Below, in pieces: positions 35,413 through 36,108 of a stretch of DNA of 36,108 nucleotides. The notes under the pieces were generated by a model. The model saw nothing but the letters and a program-made list of their open reading frames with translations, ran no database searches and was not told where the DNA came from. The stretch's first letter is position 1; every line of letters begins with the position of its first letter. The DNA is from a virus (lineage: Duplodnaviria; Caudoviricetes): the IMG/VR virus record IMGVR_UViG_3300031519_000085, positions 1 to 36,108 of that record; one strand, 5' to 3'. The position numbers and the translations under genes are program-made.

Positions 35413-35765
35413 TTTTTTGCTTCCTCAAGCTCCGCTTCTTCTCCAACGCCAAACAAGAAAAGCTCAAGATCGTTCAGGACAGTCTCGGGCAATTCACGTT
35501 GCAGCTTGGCGGCATCAGCGGCAGCGAAAGCCTTGACGCCATCTTTTAGCTCTGCTTTTTGACACAACATCTGTGTGCTGATGTCTAAAGCCTCTTCGCT
35601 GTTGGCAACAGATTGAGCGCGTTTACGGTCAGCCCTTGTAATTGGCTTGAAATACAAGTCAAGGATAGGCTCACCGTCGGCATTGTTGACAACAAACTTA
35701 CGCCTTTGACTAAGGTCAAAAGCGCCAGTAAGCAGATCAACAGTGCGCTGATTTGAAGCGGCCAT
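35406..35765 (-). CDS. tail assembly chaperone (gpG-like)
   Basis: Between tail tube and TMP; ends GCA AAA AAC GAC TAA. Confidence 0.85.
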   Translation of the reverse strand: MAASNQRTVDLLTGAFDLSQRRKFVVNNADGEPILDLYFKPITRADRKRAQSVANSEEALDISTQMLCQKAELKDGVKAFAAADAAKLQRELPETVLNDLELFLFGVGEEAELEEAKND

Positions 35766-35773
35766 AAATTAGA

Positions 35774-36108
35774 TCAAGAAACAGTGGTGAGAGCTATTGC
35801 GCCTTTAGTTTCAAAGTTAAAGGTCACGACTTGCAGCTCGCCAACGCTAGCACTGAACTCGGACGTTGTAATCAGCAGGTCAAACGCAAGCTTTTCACTT
35901 GTGGCCGCTTGGCTTCCTGCGTCGTAGGTGTAAAGCTCCGCGCCAGCAACAGTTGATTCAGTCGCTGGAGTTGTCAAGATTTCACGGATCAGATCGCCTT
36001 TGCCATCACCCGCCGCAGTCTTCTCGTAAAAGACTTCAATGCTGCCGCTGCCGCCAATCAGGCCACCAACTCGATCGCGGAAGGTGTCTCCCATTTTTGT
36101 GACTTCAA
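35774..36108 (-). CDS. major tail tube protein (3' part; starts outside window)
   Basis: EVTKMGDTFRDRVGGLIGGSGSIEVFY...VTFNFETKGAI; frame is open to the window end. Confidence 0.8.
   Translation of the reverse strand, partial: EVTKMGDTFRDRVGGLIGGSGSIEVFYEKTAAGDGKGDLIREILTTPATESTVAGAELYTYDAGSQAATSEKLAFDLLITTSEFSASVGELQVVTFNFETKGAIALTTVS

Noticed and set aside
1-36108. Integrase, att site, tRNA, photosynthesis genes, reverse transcriptase/DGR
   Set aside because: No supporting motifs found by eye; lifestyle cannot be determined from this window.

Overview
Most of the genome of a tailed siphovirus with the gene content and order of Synechococcus S-CBS-type cyanosiphoviruses (host assignment is inference). 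The window starts inside the capsid scaffold gene and ends inside the major tail tube gene, so mainly the capsid and head-tail connector genes are missing. Layout: (-) packaging/head module 1-9239 (ParB-like, glycosyltransferase, TET/JBP-like dioxygenase, TerS, TerL, portal, Mu-gpF-like head protein, basic peptides, scaffold); (+) early/replication module about 9300-18965 (RHH regulators, AAA helicase, PD-(D/E)XK exonuclease, DenV-like glycosylase, RusA, ERF recombinase, SSB-like); (-) tail/lysis module 18944-36108 (tail tube, frameshifted chaperone, tape measure, tail tip, three fibres, holin-like, endolysin, dCTP deaminase). Main finding: the gpF-like head gene carries a complete 275-aa intein (1739-2563) with no recognisable in-frame endonuclease. 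Its opposite strand, in exact codon register and entirely inside the intein, encodes a 253-aa HTH + NUMOD3-like + Vsr/DUF559-type endonuclease (1799-2560). This suggests an intein whose homing endonuclease is encoded antisense as a fully overlapping gene. Other findings: a TET/JBP + glycosyltransferase DNA-modification cassette with no methyltransferase in the window, a candidate second -1 frameshift in the lysis cassette, a repeated palindromic early promoter/operator, iteron-like repeats in the helicase gene, and a shared FDD[D/N]EVL C-terminal tail on two replication proteins.
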